In this document: positions 12,778 through 27,687 of the stretch, one piece after another | Layout: each line of letters begins with the position of its first letter | Numbering within the stretch: position 1 is the first letter of the stretch | From: Schmidtea polychroa | Taxonomy: Eukaryota | NCBI GenBank assembly: GCA_044892525.1 | Contig: CM097885.1 | Coordinates: 236,718,001 to 236,782,000, forward strand | DNA length: 64,000 nt | Direction: 5' to 3' | The notes under the pieces: model-generated | The model's database searches: none | What the model was told of the DNA's origin: nothing | Seen by the model: the letters and a program-made list of their open reading frames with translations, nothing else | Position numbers and translations under genes: made by a program

Positions 12778-14163
12778 ATATATAAATATCTCTTTCGACG
12801 CTCAATCGTATTGAGCAAGTTAGGGCAAGTATCGATGAACCAGCCGATTGCTACCGGATAGCGTTATTTAACAGAAACTTGTTAAAACTTGATTACGTAT
12901 GGCGTGCGGGCTATCCTACGAAATCTATATTAAGTATTTTAAGTTTTTATACCATCATACAGGGTAGGAATATAAACTAATTATTCGTAATTGTGTAGTA
13001 GGTTGGTTTTAATTTTAGTGAAATTAAAATATAAAGTAAGTGAAATTACAAATCTACCATCGCCCTTTTAACCCACTTCAACGCTCCCCATTTTTTCTGG
13101 GCCCTTTAACGCCCCCTCTAGATCTCAAACGCCCACAGGGGAGCGTTATCGCCCACTTTGAGAAAGACTAGTTTGAATGCTCATTCTCATACCTAACTGA
13201 CCTTTTCAATCTATTAAGCATCCTCTGTGAAGTGAAAGTTATTTGTGATTACCAAGAAAGATTTCTGTTGTCAAGTGTCATTTTTGGATCAGCTAAAGAC
13301 ACGCTTGGAGTCAGAGTAAGAAATTTTAATTTTATCACCAACCCAATAAAAAATACGACGTTACTTATGCATCAACCTAATACGTACTTGATAAAGGCTG
13401 TGCCAAAATATCATGTACGTTATGTAATGTTTTGATCAATACTTTTACAAACTTTTATATGAAAAGTTTTGAAATAATCTTTGTCTTTCAACAACAAAAC
13501 ATTTTATTTCCGCCAATGCTGAAAATGGCAACGACAGGCAATTTAGGTGAATATGATAAATAAAAATATGATAAATATACACATGAAATATGTATATGTC
13601 GACTACATTTATAATATATCATAATAACTGCAAAAATGAGATTGTGCTGTTTATGATAAAATGTAACAATGTCAATGTAACAATTATTACAAAACGCTTT
13701 TGATAAGAAAAAGTTACATTACATAATTTCAATGTGTCAGATTCTTTAATGATATTTCAAACAACCGAGAGCATTTCATGAATTAATTACACATTTTTCT
13801 ATTCGTAACCAATGTTGATTTCTTTTTTTTCCGTCGTTATTATAAACCTTATTAAAAGATATAGATTCATATTTTACACTGTAAAAATTTAAAATCGCTT
13901 TATTTGTTTTATGTTGAAAATTATGGAAAATAATTTCAAGCTAATAATTATTTAACTGAAGTTATTTTTTCCGTAAATTTTTATTCTTATTTTCTACGAT
14001 GAGTTTATTGGGATCAGTGGATTCAATAATTGGCAGAAATGACAGTGATGAATTTATGGAATATTTTCTACCAAAACTTTTGGAGATTTTTTTTAATTTG
14101 AAAATTATTATTCAGATACAAGGTATTTGTCGCAAAGCAACAATATTATTATTAATAAAATAT

Positions 14164-14432
<269 letters not shown>

Positions 14433-14834
14433 TAGAAAATCGAAAACTAAGTATATTAAAATATAACATTGCGATATATTTCGACTATTTAACAGTCTTC
14501 TTCAGGCTATGAATCGTATTAATAAAAACTAAATGAAAATAAGGATATTCAAACAAATTAACAAATAATAATCGTAATAAAATTGTTTCAAACTACAAAA
14601 TATTTTAATAAAATTTTAGAAACATTTTTTATAATCATATAAAAATTATTTTAATTTAAATAAACGCACAAAATTGTTAACATTCTCATACAAAAAATCA
14701 ATATAAAAAATAAATTTAATTTGAATTTAAAATTAAAAATTTTTTTCATACAAAAAATTTAACAAACAATAACATCATCCCAAATATTAAATATAAAAGT
14801 TAATTATATTATAAAGTTAAATATATTCGAAATC

Positions 14835-15755
14835 CCTGTAGACTGGGCACTTTGCATATTAATTATAGTATTTAAAGATCTAATTAACAACGCCTTGCAC
14901 GTTTCTCGAACTCTTCGATAAGATCTTAAAATCAGAAATACTTATTTTTTTACTAATACACTTCCTAAAATAATCACTAATGTGGGTCAATCCATGCCGC
15001 CGGCAATGCTCAAGAACTCGAGTGCAGAGATGACGGACAGTCTCTCCAATTTATGTGACATTACATCCATAACATGAAAATTGATAAACGAGTTTAGATC
15101 TGATTTTTTCACCTTCCGAACTTGACAACATATTAACTTCAACATCAAAAATAGGATCATTACCTTGAGATAAACCTGTGCAAGGATCATCAGTATTGAA
15201 CATACATTTATCAACAGTCTCTTTTGTCATGCGCGCCCAAGATAAGATTTAGAATGATTTCGAAAGATTTAGCAACACAACGGTAAAACTAATACTTCTC
15301 ACTGAATTAATAAACGTGGATGATTGAGACCATGCACGAAAAACTAATCCTCTCACCATATTTCGCTTGTATTTATATTCCAAAAAGCTCTCACGAGTAA
15401 TATAAAGAACAATATCAGTCGCTTTTCTGTATATCAGACTTTTCTGTCTAATAGTCTTTTTCCTTCCGTTGAATCAGCAGATCCAAAAACGGTATCATAG
15501 ACATTTCTTCTTCTTAACCCGTAAATTTTATATTCATATACAAATCATTCATATAATCTAAGAAAGACCTTACGATTCTGAAACACTAAAAGATATCATC
15601 AACATAACATTTATACACAGTTGGTTTAGTTAAATTGTATGATGATATTTTCTTTTCTAAACTTGACATGAAAATAGATGCCATAGTTGGAGCCATTGGG
15701 GAACCTATAGAAACACCATCAACCTGTTTCTAATACTCATTGTTAATAAGAACAT
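14835..15755 (-). pseudogene. Second degenerate Penelope-like retroelement fragment
   Basis: Minus strand KQVDGVSIGSPMAPTMASIFMSSLEKKI...KPTVYKCYVDDIF, collinear with 2130-3503 (e.g. KYKRNMV.GL in both). Confidence 0.85.
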
Positions 15756-17756
15756 TTTTTGGTGAGCTTATTTACATTGTGACTAATACATCCATTTGCA
15801 TTGAATAAACGGATCTATAATATGGGTTGGTGTGCTCAACCAATTTTAGATGCGTCACTACAGTATGTAATTGCAAAAAATTTCTGTTTAACTATTTTAG
15901 CCATTTTAGAAATGGATTTCAAGTAATTTTTTTTATTTAAAGTAAATCTTAAGACTAGAATTTTGATCCATATAGATATGAGATCATTATTTAAGCTCTT
16001 AAATATTACTATTTTTTTCAACATCTTTTATTAAAAATTTATAATTAAATTTCAGGATTTTTTAGGATTTTTATGAAATTTTAAGTTATTTGGAATTATT
16101 TTGATATAATGAAAGTCAGATATATTTTTAACTATAAATAAACATTTTTAAAGGCATTAATTAGTCGAGTTTTATCAATATTAAATTAAACTAATATTAA
16201 ATTTATAAAAAATTTAAGATAAATCTTATGAAATTATGTCTTTATTATCTATACAACCCAAAGTTGATTTTTCGGAATTTTCGTCAAAACTTTTTCGGTC
16301 CTTTTTTTCTAAAAATTGTCTAAAAATGTCTGTAAATGATTTATTATAGTTCATTACAACGATTCTACAAATCGAAAATTTGCATGCATTTTTTAATGTG
16401 TTGTGTTTATGTGTCTCAGCTTATTTTTTCTACCACTTCTCACTTTCAATATTAAATGCGTTTGTTCATTGCAACGCTAAAAATCAACACACAGGTAAGT
16501 TTGTATGTTTATATAATATACACATATTGATTTTATTTTTACAATATAGATGCTTTTGGTCACTGCAAACGAGTGTAATAATCTAGTTTCTTGAATAACT
16601 TGTTTGTAATTAATTGATGTAAAATCTCATTAAATTTTTTTATTATTTTTTTTCATAAACATATTTTAGCTAGTTAAAATTTTTACTTTGTTTATCTTCA
16701 TTTCTTTTCAGATTTTCTGACATTATTATTGTTTTTTAGTTAACACGAATTTTCGGTACTGCTTATCATTGATCAAAAATCTAAAAAATAAAGAAAATAA
16801 AGAAAAGGATAAAAAGATTAATGAAGAAGATAAACGATTGTACTGTTGATGTGTAAATTGATTCCAACAAATTTATATTACATCATTAAAGAAAACTATA
16901 ACTTTTCTCTCATTATAACAAAGTAATAATAATTCCAATAGCATAATAATAAATATATCCCAGGCCAATGATTAAATCAAATCAACGGAAGCCGAAATAA
17001 ATTTTTTTTCCATTGACAAGTTCAATTATTTTTCCCTCTAGTTTTATCACGCTAATAATTTATGTTTGAGACATAGGCCATGTTTGATAAAAATGAATTT
17101 TTTAATGAATTATTTTGCAATTTTATATCTCTATTCATCTTTTGTTTTACTGAAGCAACACGAGACATTTCATTTATCTGGAACACGCTTATTACGAAAA
17201 ATATTTATATTAATTAGATAAAATTATTTATGATTTTGAGTTCATTAAAACAACATTTTATTTTTATTTAATTATTTCATTAATTATTGTTGTTGATAAC
17301 GTACTTAATCTACTTACCATATTTTACGATAAATAAATTTTTTTAACGCAATCAACAATAAATTACTCAGTCCTAGGCGTGACCGCCGTTTTTAGAAATA
17401 TGTGTTCCAATTAAATGTGCGTCAACAAGTGCGTCATATTATTTTAGGGAATAGAATTTCAATTTCCATTTAATTCTTTTTTAAACAACATGTAAATATA
17501 ATGTCAAAAACATTTTATAACTTTTCAATGAGTGAACGATGGCCATAGAAGTCAATCAATGTTTATTCTATGACTTTATTTAAGTGCAACTTTCTAAACT
17601 TGACGATACTGATTGGATTCCAATGAATTTTTGATCCTTAAATTATTGCCTAGCAGCTTAAATCCATAGACCATGACAAATGATATAACTTTGAAGTAGT
17701 TATTAGTAAGTTGGACCTGACAAAAATAACATTTAAAAATAAATGATACACAAAAG

Positions 17757-18092
<336 letters not shown>

Positions 18093-19151
18093 ATAATTAG
18101 TTAAGCTTATTTCAGGGTGTACAAGGTTCAAACTGATTGCTAAATATAGATTTGTTGAAAATAATTTTTCATAATTTGTAAAATAACTTTTTTTTAAATA
18201 GATGTTAAAATATTAATTAGTTATTAACACATTTTTAACATTCCATATTTATTTAATTTAGAAAGTAAATGGAAATATAATATGATTATCAAATGTGATA
18301 ATTTCGTTTGTAAAACTATCTCCTTTTCCGTTAAAACAGGCAAATCAAACAATTTGGCGAATTTAATCTGGTTTTTAATAACGGAACTGCATTGAACATT
18401 TCAAAGCAAATGACTAAGCCTTTGACTTACAGACTTCCATCAAAAATCTACCAGCATCAGATAAAATTTCAATTTTTTACCAATGCTGATTGACTCAGGA
18501 TTTACTCAAAATACAAAAACCAAACATATTTGATTAAAACATTGTAATTTTCTTTGATTCATTCAAACAAACTATATCCTGTTCAACAGAAAGGCATGTG
18601 GAAAAATATTTTCTATACATAAAAATATTGTTTTTCATTTCAGTGTTCTGTTGTTTAGAAAAAAAGAAATTAGTTTCTGTTGAAATTCAATTAATTAATT
18701 AATTAATTAGTTTTTTTTTCGTTTGAATTTGATTAAATAATTATTTTTTAATTTATGATGAAAACAACTGACTTTGATGTTTGGTGAAATTCCGAAAATA
18801 AAATTGATCAAATCTTGCCAAATTAAACAATGCATTTTAATAAAATAACGAGAATTTCTTTAAAGATTTAAACAAAATAATTTGTAATTAACCGTTTAAA
18901 TTTCATGTCCATACACACATACAGAAAGGAAACAATATTCAAATGAATTTAGAAAAATAATAAAGAAATTAATAAATCAAATATTTGATTGTTTATTTAC
19001 ATTTGAAATAAAATTAGTTTACCATGTAAACAAATTCCTTTGGAATATTTGACTGATAGAAAACTATTTATTTTGGTTGTAGTCTATATTTGTTAACAAA
19101 TACATCTTTTACTGCATTATTATTAATATTAATATTATAATAATAATAATA

Positions 19152-19193
<42 letters not shown>

Positions 19194-20613
19194 TATTTAT
19201 TTTTATTTATATATTGAAAAAAATATCATTTGTTTCAATCAGCACTTCTCAAAATAAGAATTCATATATAATTTTTAAGTTTATATTTTTATTAAAATTT
19301 AAAATATTAAAAGTTTATTTACAACATATAACAAACAAAATATGTTATACATTGAATTAAGGTTACGCAAAATTATGGATTATTTAAATTAATTTATTAA
19401 TAAAGATAAAATAAACAAATTCATAGCAAAATATATACAAACAAAGAAATGATTGAAAAAAATTATAATTACCGTTTCAATTTATAAAACTAATTAATAA
19501 ACGCTGAAAAAATAAATGTTTTCAAAACGCACTTCTGTTTCTCTATTTACATTTTAGACATCTGGAATTGAATTTTTTATCAACACTCTTTCAACAATGA
19601 TAACGACTTGTTTGAATGAATATAGTAAATACGGTCTTTTTTATCCTCAGTTTCTTTCTCTATCTTTGTTGACTCTAGACAAAATTTGTCAATCATTTTG
19701 AACTGTGTCCGTTTTTATTGTTTGTTCCGTAAATGTAGGATAAACTTTTAATCCCTATCAACCATTTAGGTCCAATTAAAAAAAATATTTGTTTAAATTA
19801 AATTGTATTTCTTTTAATTTTTTAATTAATTAAAACTATTTAATTAACTCGTTTAGTATGGTGTTTTTTAAGAAATACAACGTTGTAAAAATGTGAGAAA
19901 TTAATATAAATGAATTATTATAAACGATGTATAGAAAAATACAGATTTACTAACTTATCTAATAATTCTTCAAATGTATTTTTTGATTTACTTTGAGATC
20001 TTTCGAAAACTGTTATCAGTTTAGTATATTATTAATAATTTGGACGAAATTTATTTTTCACCATTAGATATAAAATTTATGACCTCCCCCCACACAAGGA
20101 AAACTATACTTTTTCTGGGTTAATATTAAATGGACTAAAATTACTTAAACGTATTGGAATCATTTGTTTGATAAAACAATTGCTAGTCAGTTGTTTATTG
20201 TTGAAAATGTTTTTGAAACGTTTTGCTCTTTAATTTGTTAAACAGACTCCTGGGGTAACTAAATGTTCAAATTAATTATTCCTTTGCATCTTCATATGAT
20301 GACTCTTCATTTTGAAATACCACATTTTACAAAATAAAATACTGTCCTTTCATCAAAGTTAGAAAGATCTGTTAAATTTTTAGAGCCTGCCGATGAAGTA
20401 AAACTTTTTTATTGAATAATTTAAGTGGATTTTTGAATTGAAAAGATACTTTAAACAATGTTCGAATAAACAAATGAACTAATGGTATTTCTGGTATAAA
20501 AATTTGCTAATTATTACGATGTTATCAACTATTTAAAGGCATAAAATGGACAGTAAGACTTTTTAATTGTTTCAAAAATTTGAAGATATTAATGAAATGC
20601 ATGCCCTTCTACA

Positions 20614-20848
20614 CTGCCCTCCTTATCAAATAGACCGTAACTGCAAAAATACACTTAGGAGATAAATAACAAAACGTGTTTTCAATTCTGCCAACCAGTT
20701 AACCTAAACCAATCATCCATTTATATATATATAAGATACGGTCTTATCGCTAAGCAGAATAAAGGTTAATTGCAACTGCATACAGTTGACGCCTCTAACT
20801 CGATTTTTGTAGTTTTGTCAGTTACGGTCTATTTGATAAGGAGGGCAG
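20614..20848. mobile_element. MITE, probably Tc1/mariner
   Basis: Perfect 30-bp TIRs CTGCCCTCCTTATCAAATAGACCGTAACTG. Right flank is TA, left flank is CA. Confidence 0.85.
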
Positions 20849-23800
20849 TACAGGTAAAGAACGGAAAATTTGTAGAAAAGTTCGATTTTTTATAATTTGT
20901 AAATAATTTCCACGATAGTCAACCGATGCGAAAGAATAATATTTAATAATATAATTAAATTAGTAATTCATTTTATAAGAAATATGTTAAATAATGTATT
21001 ATAAATAATTATAAATTAATAAAAACCTAATTAAAAGGTTGAAAACATTTTGCAAGAATGTAATACAGATGAATAATTAATAATAATAAGATATATTTCA
21101 TTTTAATATTTACAAAAAAATTTAATTTACTCATAATTATTTAATTTATTATTTAATTTCTTTCTTAATTTATTTACAACCAAATTTTTGACATAATATT
21201 AAAATAAACAATAAATGGGATTTTTTGTTTTAATATTCTTATTTTTTTACTTTATTTATCTTATCTTAAATTCATTTTCAAAAATTATCAATTGATGATT
21301 TGTGTCCACAAGTCAAACTGACAGCAAACATTTGATAAATGTTTTCTGATATAAATAATTTTTTGGAATTTACACAAATATTTTATTTACTTTATATTAT
21401 ATTTATTGATATAAGTGACAATTATCATTCCATGAACCTTAGTTTCATTAAAAGAAAAAATTCTCTGTCAAAATAGATAAAAGTGACTTTCACGTGAGCA
21501 AAGAATTTAGCGGTTATAGACAAAGGAGAAAGTTACAGGGAGAAGTAAGATGGGGATGGATATACAGACATGACATGGCCGAAAAAAGTCATAAAATAAA
21601 GCCAGAATACCAAGTGGTGCGATTCGCTGGGAATTTTTTGCAACAAGCTGAGAGAGCATTAATTAGCTTTTACCCCTGTTAAGGGTTTAAGTTTTATATT
21701 CATTTCTGGATGATCTTGATAAGATGAATCTATCAAATAGTGTCATCACCTGGGGGTAAAATATTTATAAACTTTACCTAGTAAAATATACTTAATTCTT
21801 TATTATAAAATCTCAAAATGCTCGACAAAAAAGAATGAAATTTTCTTTTGAGAAGATTTAAAATTTATTTGCTCATTGTATTTATTGACAATTGTCCCAT
21901 CTATGTTTAAATCAGTAACTTCTAACAACAAAATAATAATTCTTTTATTCGATCCTATACGACATAGACCTTTTGAAAATTATTCAGTGATAATTAAGAA
22001 AAAAACTTCAAGATGTTGAAATAGAAAAGATACACAATGATACATTTAAGAGCTTCACTTTCTGACATTTTCGTAATGTTTACAAAGTTTCGTAAAAAAG
22101 CTTTTATTTAAATGTTTTAAAACAATAAACAAAATAAACAAAATATTGTTAAGATACAGTAAAACAAAATTATATTTCAAATTAATTATAAAGCAGTTTT
22201 GTATTGATAATTTTTTATTTAAAAATTAATTTTTGCAATCAGAATTTTCTCCATATTCCTTGGAAAGTTTTATCTCGGAATTTTACAAACTTGTATTTTT
22301 TTACCTAAATCACAAAAGATATCCGTCATAATCAGCAAATTATTCACATATACAAACGTACGATATTTGAGATTTAATAATTAGCCAACTTGATTATAAT
22401 CTCCAAATTGAATTTAATAAAACAACATTAATCAAAAATTGCAGTCAAGCAATAATTTATTTAATTAATTTTAGTAATTATAATCTGATAAATTTGATTA
22501 TAGAATTCTTCAAAGCCTTTATAACAAAATATCAAAAATCATCATAATGAATTTTATTAATTTCTTTTTAATATTTAATTTCATTGATCATCTTGGTGCA
22601 TATTTTTTTCATTTGTGTTAATAAATTAAATTATAAATAATATTTTGTTAATAAAATATTAGATAGTCAAAAAGATGAATTTAGTATTATTTCTGCAAAA
22701 ACACCAAAGTCATTTTGCATTTTTTTTATGATTGAAATTTTTTTTGAAAACTTCTTTTAAAAATCCTTAATTAATAATATTTATAATTATAATTTATTTA
22801 TGATTGGCTAAAATGATAATGTATTACATCCTGATCATATCCAATGCATTAGGTCTTGGTTCATGAATCCTTCCGGCTATTAGCTATTACTTAACGATAA
22901 GACCATTCTTATCTTGTCTGATCTTTCTCTCATTTACAAGTTCGGTTTAAAAAATTGAATATAATTATTTATAAAATTTCAATTCGATAATATTTCTTTC
23001 TAAATAATTTTTGAAATTTATGAAAAATTTATATTTTGGCCGAATCAATGACAAGTGTCGCAAACTAATTTCTCTTTCATGTACGTTTAATTGCTTTTGA
23101 TCTTGAGATTCTTTTGATGCAAAAAGAATTATAAATGAAAATAAATACAAATGGAATTTATTGAGTTGAAAAAGTAGAGTTCACTCGAATCAATTACCGA
23201 TTTTTAAAAGGATAATAAATTTTGCAACATTTATTTTTTTTAAAAAACTTTTAATTAATTTTTAAAATAGGATTACATTAAAACAAAAATTAGTTTACTG
23301 AAAATGTATTTTCAATTTTAATGTATCGTGAAGAGTTTTTATAACTTATGATTTTATGTAATTATACATGGTTGCCTAATAAGTTTCATTTTTGTTTTAA
23401 TTACTTTTATTTATATTATGTTTATTTATTTTAAGACTTTAGAATAATATTTTATTTTATAATAAACAACAAATTTCGTTGCAGCTAATCTTAAGTTTTT
23501 TGGACAATTTAATATATTTACACAATTAGAAGCGAAAAAGAAGATTTTATTTAATTTTTATTAATCTTTTAAAAATAACAAGAAAACCATAAAAACCAAA
23601 GAAGTTGTGATTTTTTGAGAGATCAAAGTTGATGTAAATGCTATGAAAGATTTTTCAGATGTTATTCTTTGGTAGGAATATTTAAATCTGGTAGGCACCT
23701 TATCCAGATATTAGTTTAGTTTTTAGTTTTAGTTTTTAGGAAGTCGAAAACCAAAAAGTTCTCTATCTAAATTCTGTCACATTTAGGTAAAAAAGTTAAT

Positions 23801-24029
23801 AAATAATAAATTTCAAAAATCAAAAGAATCCTCAATAACAGCTACGACGAGAAACAATAGTAATTATACCAACCGTAAACTGTTGCTTTTGATGGCCACT
23901 CACCGTCATAAATTACACTGAGTCCTGTATTGACTTCTTCTATTCTTGTCTTTCAGAAAGACTAAAAAATGTCACTGCGATATTGCGCGCTTTTTATGGA
24001 CATTTTAAAATAAATGGTAAACTTCTTAA

Positions 24030-25352
24030 TTGGATATCATTAGATTCATTTAACAAATTCATAATAAGTCTCATCAACATAGATTGGTCTTGATTAAAAC
24101 AAATACTAGTATAAAATACCCATATAAACGACTGAATATATTAATATATCTATAATGGCTGTTTCAAAAATAAACAAGTTACTCTTTGAAGAAAATTGTA
24201 CTTCTGATATGTAAGGCCCTTCAATATTAAATGGACTTTTTGTAGTTTACAGTTACATATACATTCAAGGTATTTTAATTTAATCTTAATATCTATTTAT
24301 TCTACTTCTTTAGGAATCTGTTAGTTTAAAAGCGTACAAATTAGGAATATAAAAGATGAAGATGGAAAAGACATATTGTTAGGATGTTTAATAAAGAAAT
24401 GATAGGAAGGAAGTCAATGATGATATTAAATATAAAAGGAGCTAAAATTGCTGATAATTTAATTCGACCAATTTAGAAAATAGTAGCAGTTCTTTATTAA
24501 AATTTTCGAAATATCCTTTTAGTTATTTGATAAAAGTAATATTGTTTTATACGTTTTTATTATTTTTATTATTTTATTTTATACTTTAAAATATTTGGCA
24601 GCAATTTTGTCTATGTATAAAAAAAATTCATATTTTATTAAAATAAATCATTGAAAAATTGAGCAGCAATTGATTAAAAATGTTTAAAATAATTTATTAA
24701 AAATTTTAAATCAATAAAAAGCATTAAAAATATTTTAATAAAATTAATGTTTAAATATACTCACATGTGATCTTACTATCATTTCTTCCTTTGATTATAT
24801 TTCTTTTGTTTACACAGTTATTTTTTTATATTGGCTAAATAATTAAATTTATTATTGTAAAATAAAAATTTTAAAACTTACTGAAGTTGGGCATGTTTAA
24901 ATTATGAAATATTTTAAAATTGTTTATTGATGTTTACCAGTGGTCTTCAAATTTTATATGCTTGCAGAACCATAATTAACTTTTTAAAATAGAAATTGAA
25001 TTTTTTAATACAATGTTTAACAAATATAAAATCCTTAAATAAATGTTATTAAAATTTGAGTAAAAAAATTTAAAAATAACGGATTTTATAAAGTTTAGAG
25101 TCTATAAATATAAACAAAACTATATTAATAAATACGCCACTGATCCTTCAAGATTAATTTTCAACATTTCTTATCACCAAAGTAAATACATATTTTCATC
25201 ACAATTTATGCATTAAAATGTAAATAATCAATAACCCTAATTAAACAATTTTTATAGGCGCAATCAAGTATTTTAATACTATAACAACACAGTTTGGATA
25301 TCATTAAATTCATTTAACAAATACATAATAAGTCTCATCAACATAGATAGGA
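24030..25352 (+). repeat. Two ~60-bp direct repeat copies (24030-24088 and 25294-25352)
   Basis: TTGGATATCATTA.ATTCATTTAACAAAT.CATAATAAGTCTCATCAACATAGAT in both. Confidence 0.75.
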
Positions 25353-27120
25353 CCTAAAGCAGTATACTTAATTGTATTTAATACAATAACTACAGAAAAG
25401 CTTTAATAAATATACACAAATTTAATCTGTTAAAAAATATTATTTGCATCCAGTATACACAATTCTTTAATAAATCCATCTTTAAACAAACACCAATAAA
25501 ATAACAAATCATTTTTTCTTATAAATTTTATTCAAACAAAATGTTCATAGTTTCTTATTGACTTTAGCCAAGCTAAACAGTGTTGCCTGCATGTTTTGTC
25601 ATCGGGCTTTGATATCAAATTCGGTTGTATTCAATTGGCATAAACATTGATTGAAATTTTGTAATTAATAAATGCGCTTTTCAATTTTTTTCAATTATAA
25701 TGATTCCGAATATTATCTCAGAATATCAGTTTAATGTATGGAAAAATGTTTCACTTTTCTGATAGACCAATGTCCAGATATAATTTGGCAAGAGTTCGTC
25801 AAAATAGCCATTACTATTAATAAAAATTTTTAATGAATTTAATTATTTGGAAATAAATTCATATTTAAAATCTTTACTACTAGCTACCGTGAATTTCTTA
25901 TTTAAAACATTTATAAAATAATAATTTTTCAATTATTTATTTCGAAAACAGCACTAAATATTCACAATGTATTTTTTAAACAAACAATATATGTGAGTTT
26001 TTAAGTGTCAAATCCTGATATTTTCATGGAACATTTCATTTATCATACATTTCTTTTGCATTGACATATTAAAGTTCTTATTTTAAATTTTAAAACATTT
26101 AACAGTTTATTTTAAAATTTTAAAATTTATTTTAAAAACTATTTTAAAAATATTTTACATAATAAATCTTTAAAAGTTAATATATAATTTTTAAATATAT
26201 ACTTATATTTACCCAGAGTAAAAATTTAAAGTTTGAAATTAAGATCAAGAAAACAAATTGATAATAAATTAATTATAATAGTTAGTAAAACAAATATAAA
26301 ATTATAATTTATTCTATTTACTTTTTTATGTTTTTGAAAATTTTATTCTTTTTTAACTATATAAAAATAAACGAAAACAAAAATACTCTGAAATCAGACA
26401 TTTGTAGAATTTTTTTTCTGTTCTTAATTGTTACTGATTTCACATTGCACAGGAAATTCATCAATCAAATTTATTCCAGTTGATTATTTCTTTCCTGCGA
26501 GAATTTATGAATGTCTCGAAGGACGTTTCAGGAAGTTATGTAATGGTAATAGAATGAAAAAAAGAATATGAAATGTTAAAATTTATCTAAGTCTATAAAT
26601 TGAAAAAAATTGTTAAATATAAAATTTTTCTTTTGTTTTAATCAACAACTAATTTTTTGATTGAAACTCTGACGCCACTATCAAAATGATGATAATAATA
26701 ATAATAATACCTAGAAAATTTGTCGTCAATTTACCAATGGCGTTGTCACATGTTTATGAATAACTAAAACAAACATTTGAAATAGTTGAGTTGAAGGTGA
26801 TTATTGACTATTTGTATTCTATTTATTATATCAATAGACTATAGAGGACCATCTGGAGATTTGCAAGATAACTAAATCACTGCCTCCTAGAAAGATATCG
26901 GAAAAGCCGTGCAAATATTGATATTCCGATATCAAGTCTAACTCACTGTTAATAAACGAGTCAGCTAAAAAAAGAAAAAAAATGTGTTTCTGTGACGGCT
27001 TAACATTTCTGCTCTCCCTCACCAGTAGAATAGCTGGGATGATTCTGGTGCTTTGTTTCTGATCATCGTGTATGCATTGTTGCAGACAGTCACCCCACTC
27101 TTCGTGATGTAAGAAATCAC

Positions 27121-27153
27121 ACCGCCTATTCTTTGATTTCTCACAGAGCCGCT
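27121..27153. promoter_or_regulatory. Candidate bipartite TCF site flanked by two Helper-like motifs
   Basis: ACCGCC-TATT-CTTTGAT-TTCTCACAGA-GCCGCT inside a less AT-rich non-coding island (about 26830-27200). Confidence 0.45.
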
Positions 27154-27544
27154 TTCGGAAGAAATAAAGACTCATTACGACTTCGTTTGTGATTGTGTCG
27201 TATTATTTGATTTAGAATATCAAAAAAAATTTCAATTTTTTCAACCGATTGACTGTGCAAAATCAATCAAAAAATCTATTTTTTACAGTATTTTGAAGTT
27301 ACGCAAACAGTCATATAGGAGATTAAAGTCAAAACAGCCTATTAATGAAAAAAAAACAAAGTCTTCGACAATTTTTTTCCCTCATTTTTTCTCATATGTT
27401 AGAAAAATTAATTAGTTGAAATAAAAATACATCATGACAATTTAATTCAATTTCTTCATTCACTTTAAAAAATTTTCATTGTTAATGAAGTTTAATAAGT
27501 GAAATTCAATCAGAAAATCTAAATTAAAATTTATAAAAATTTTT

Positions 27545-27595
27545 AATAATATTATTATTATTATTATTGTTATTATTATTATTATTATTATTATA

Positions 27596-27687
<92 letters not shown>
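27545..27687. repeat. (ATT)n microsatellite
   Basis: Direct reading. Confidence 0.95.

Larger units (their letters stand above)
7595..13170. mobile_element. Old hAT (Charlie/Buster-like) MITE of about 650 bp, split by the Gypsy insertion
   Basis: Degenerate TIRs CATTGGTTCTCAAA (7595) and TTTGAGAAAGACTA (to 13170). The 8-bp flanks CTTTAAAT and GTTTGAAT match at 6/8. Confidence 0.7.
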
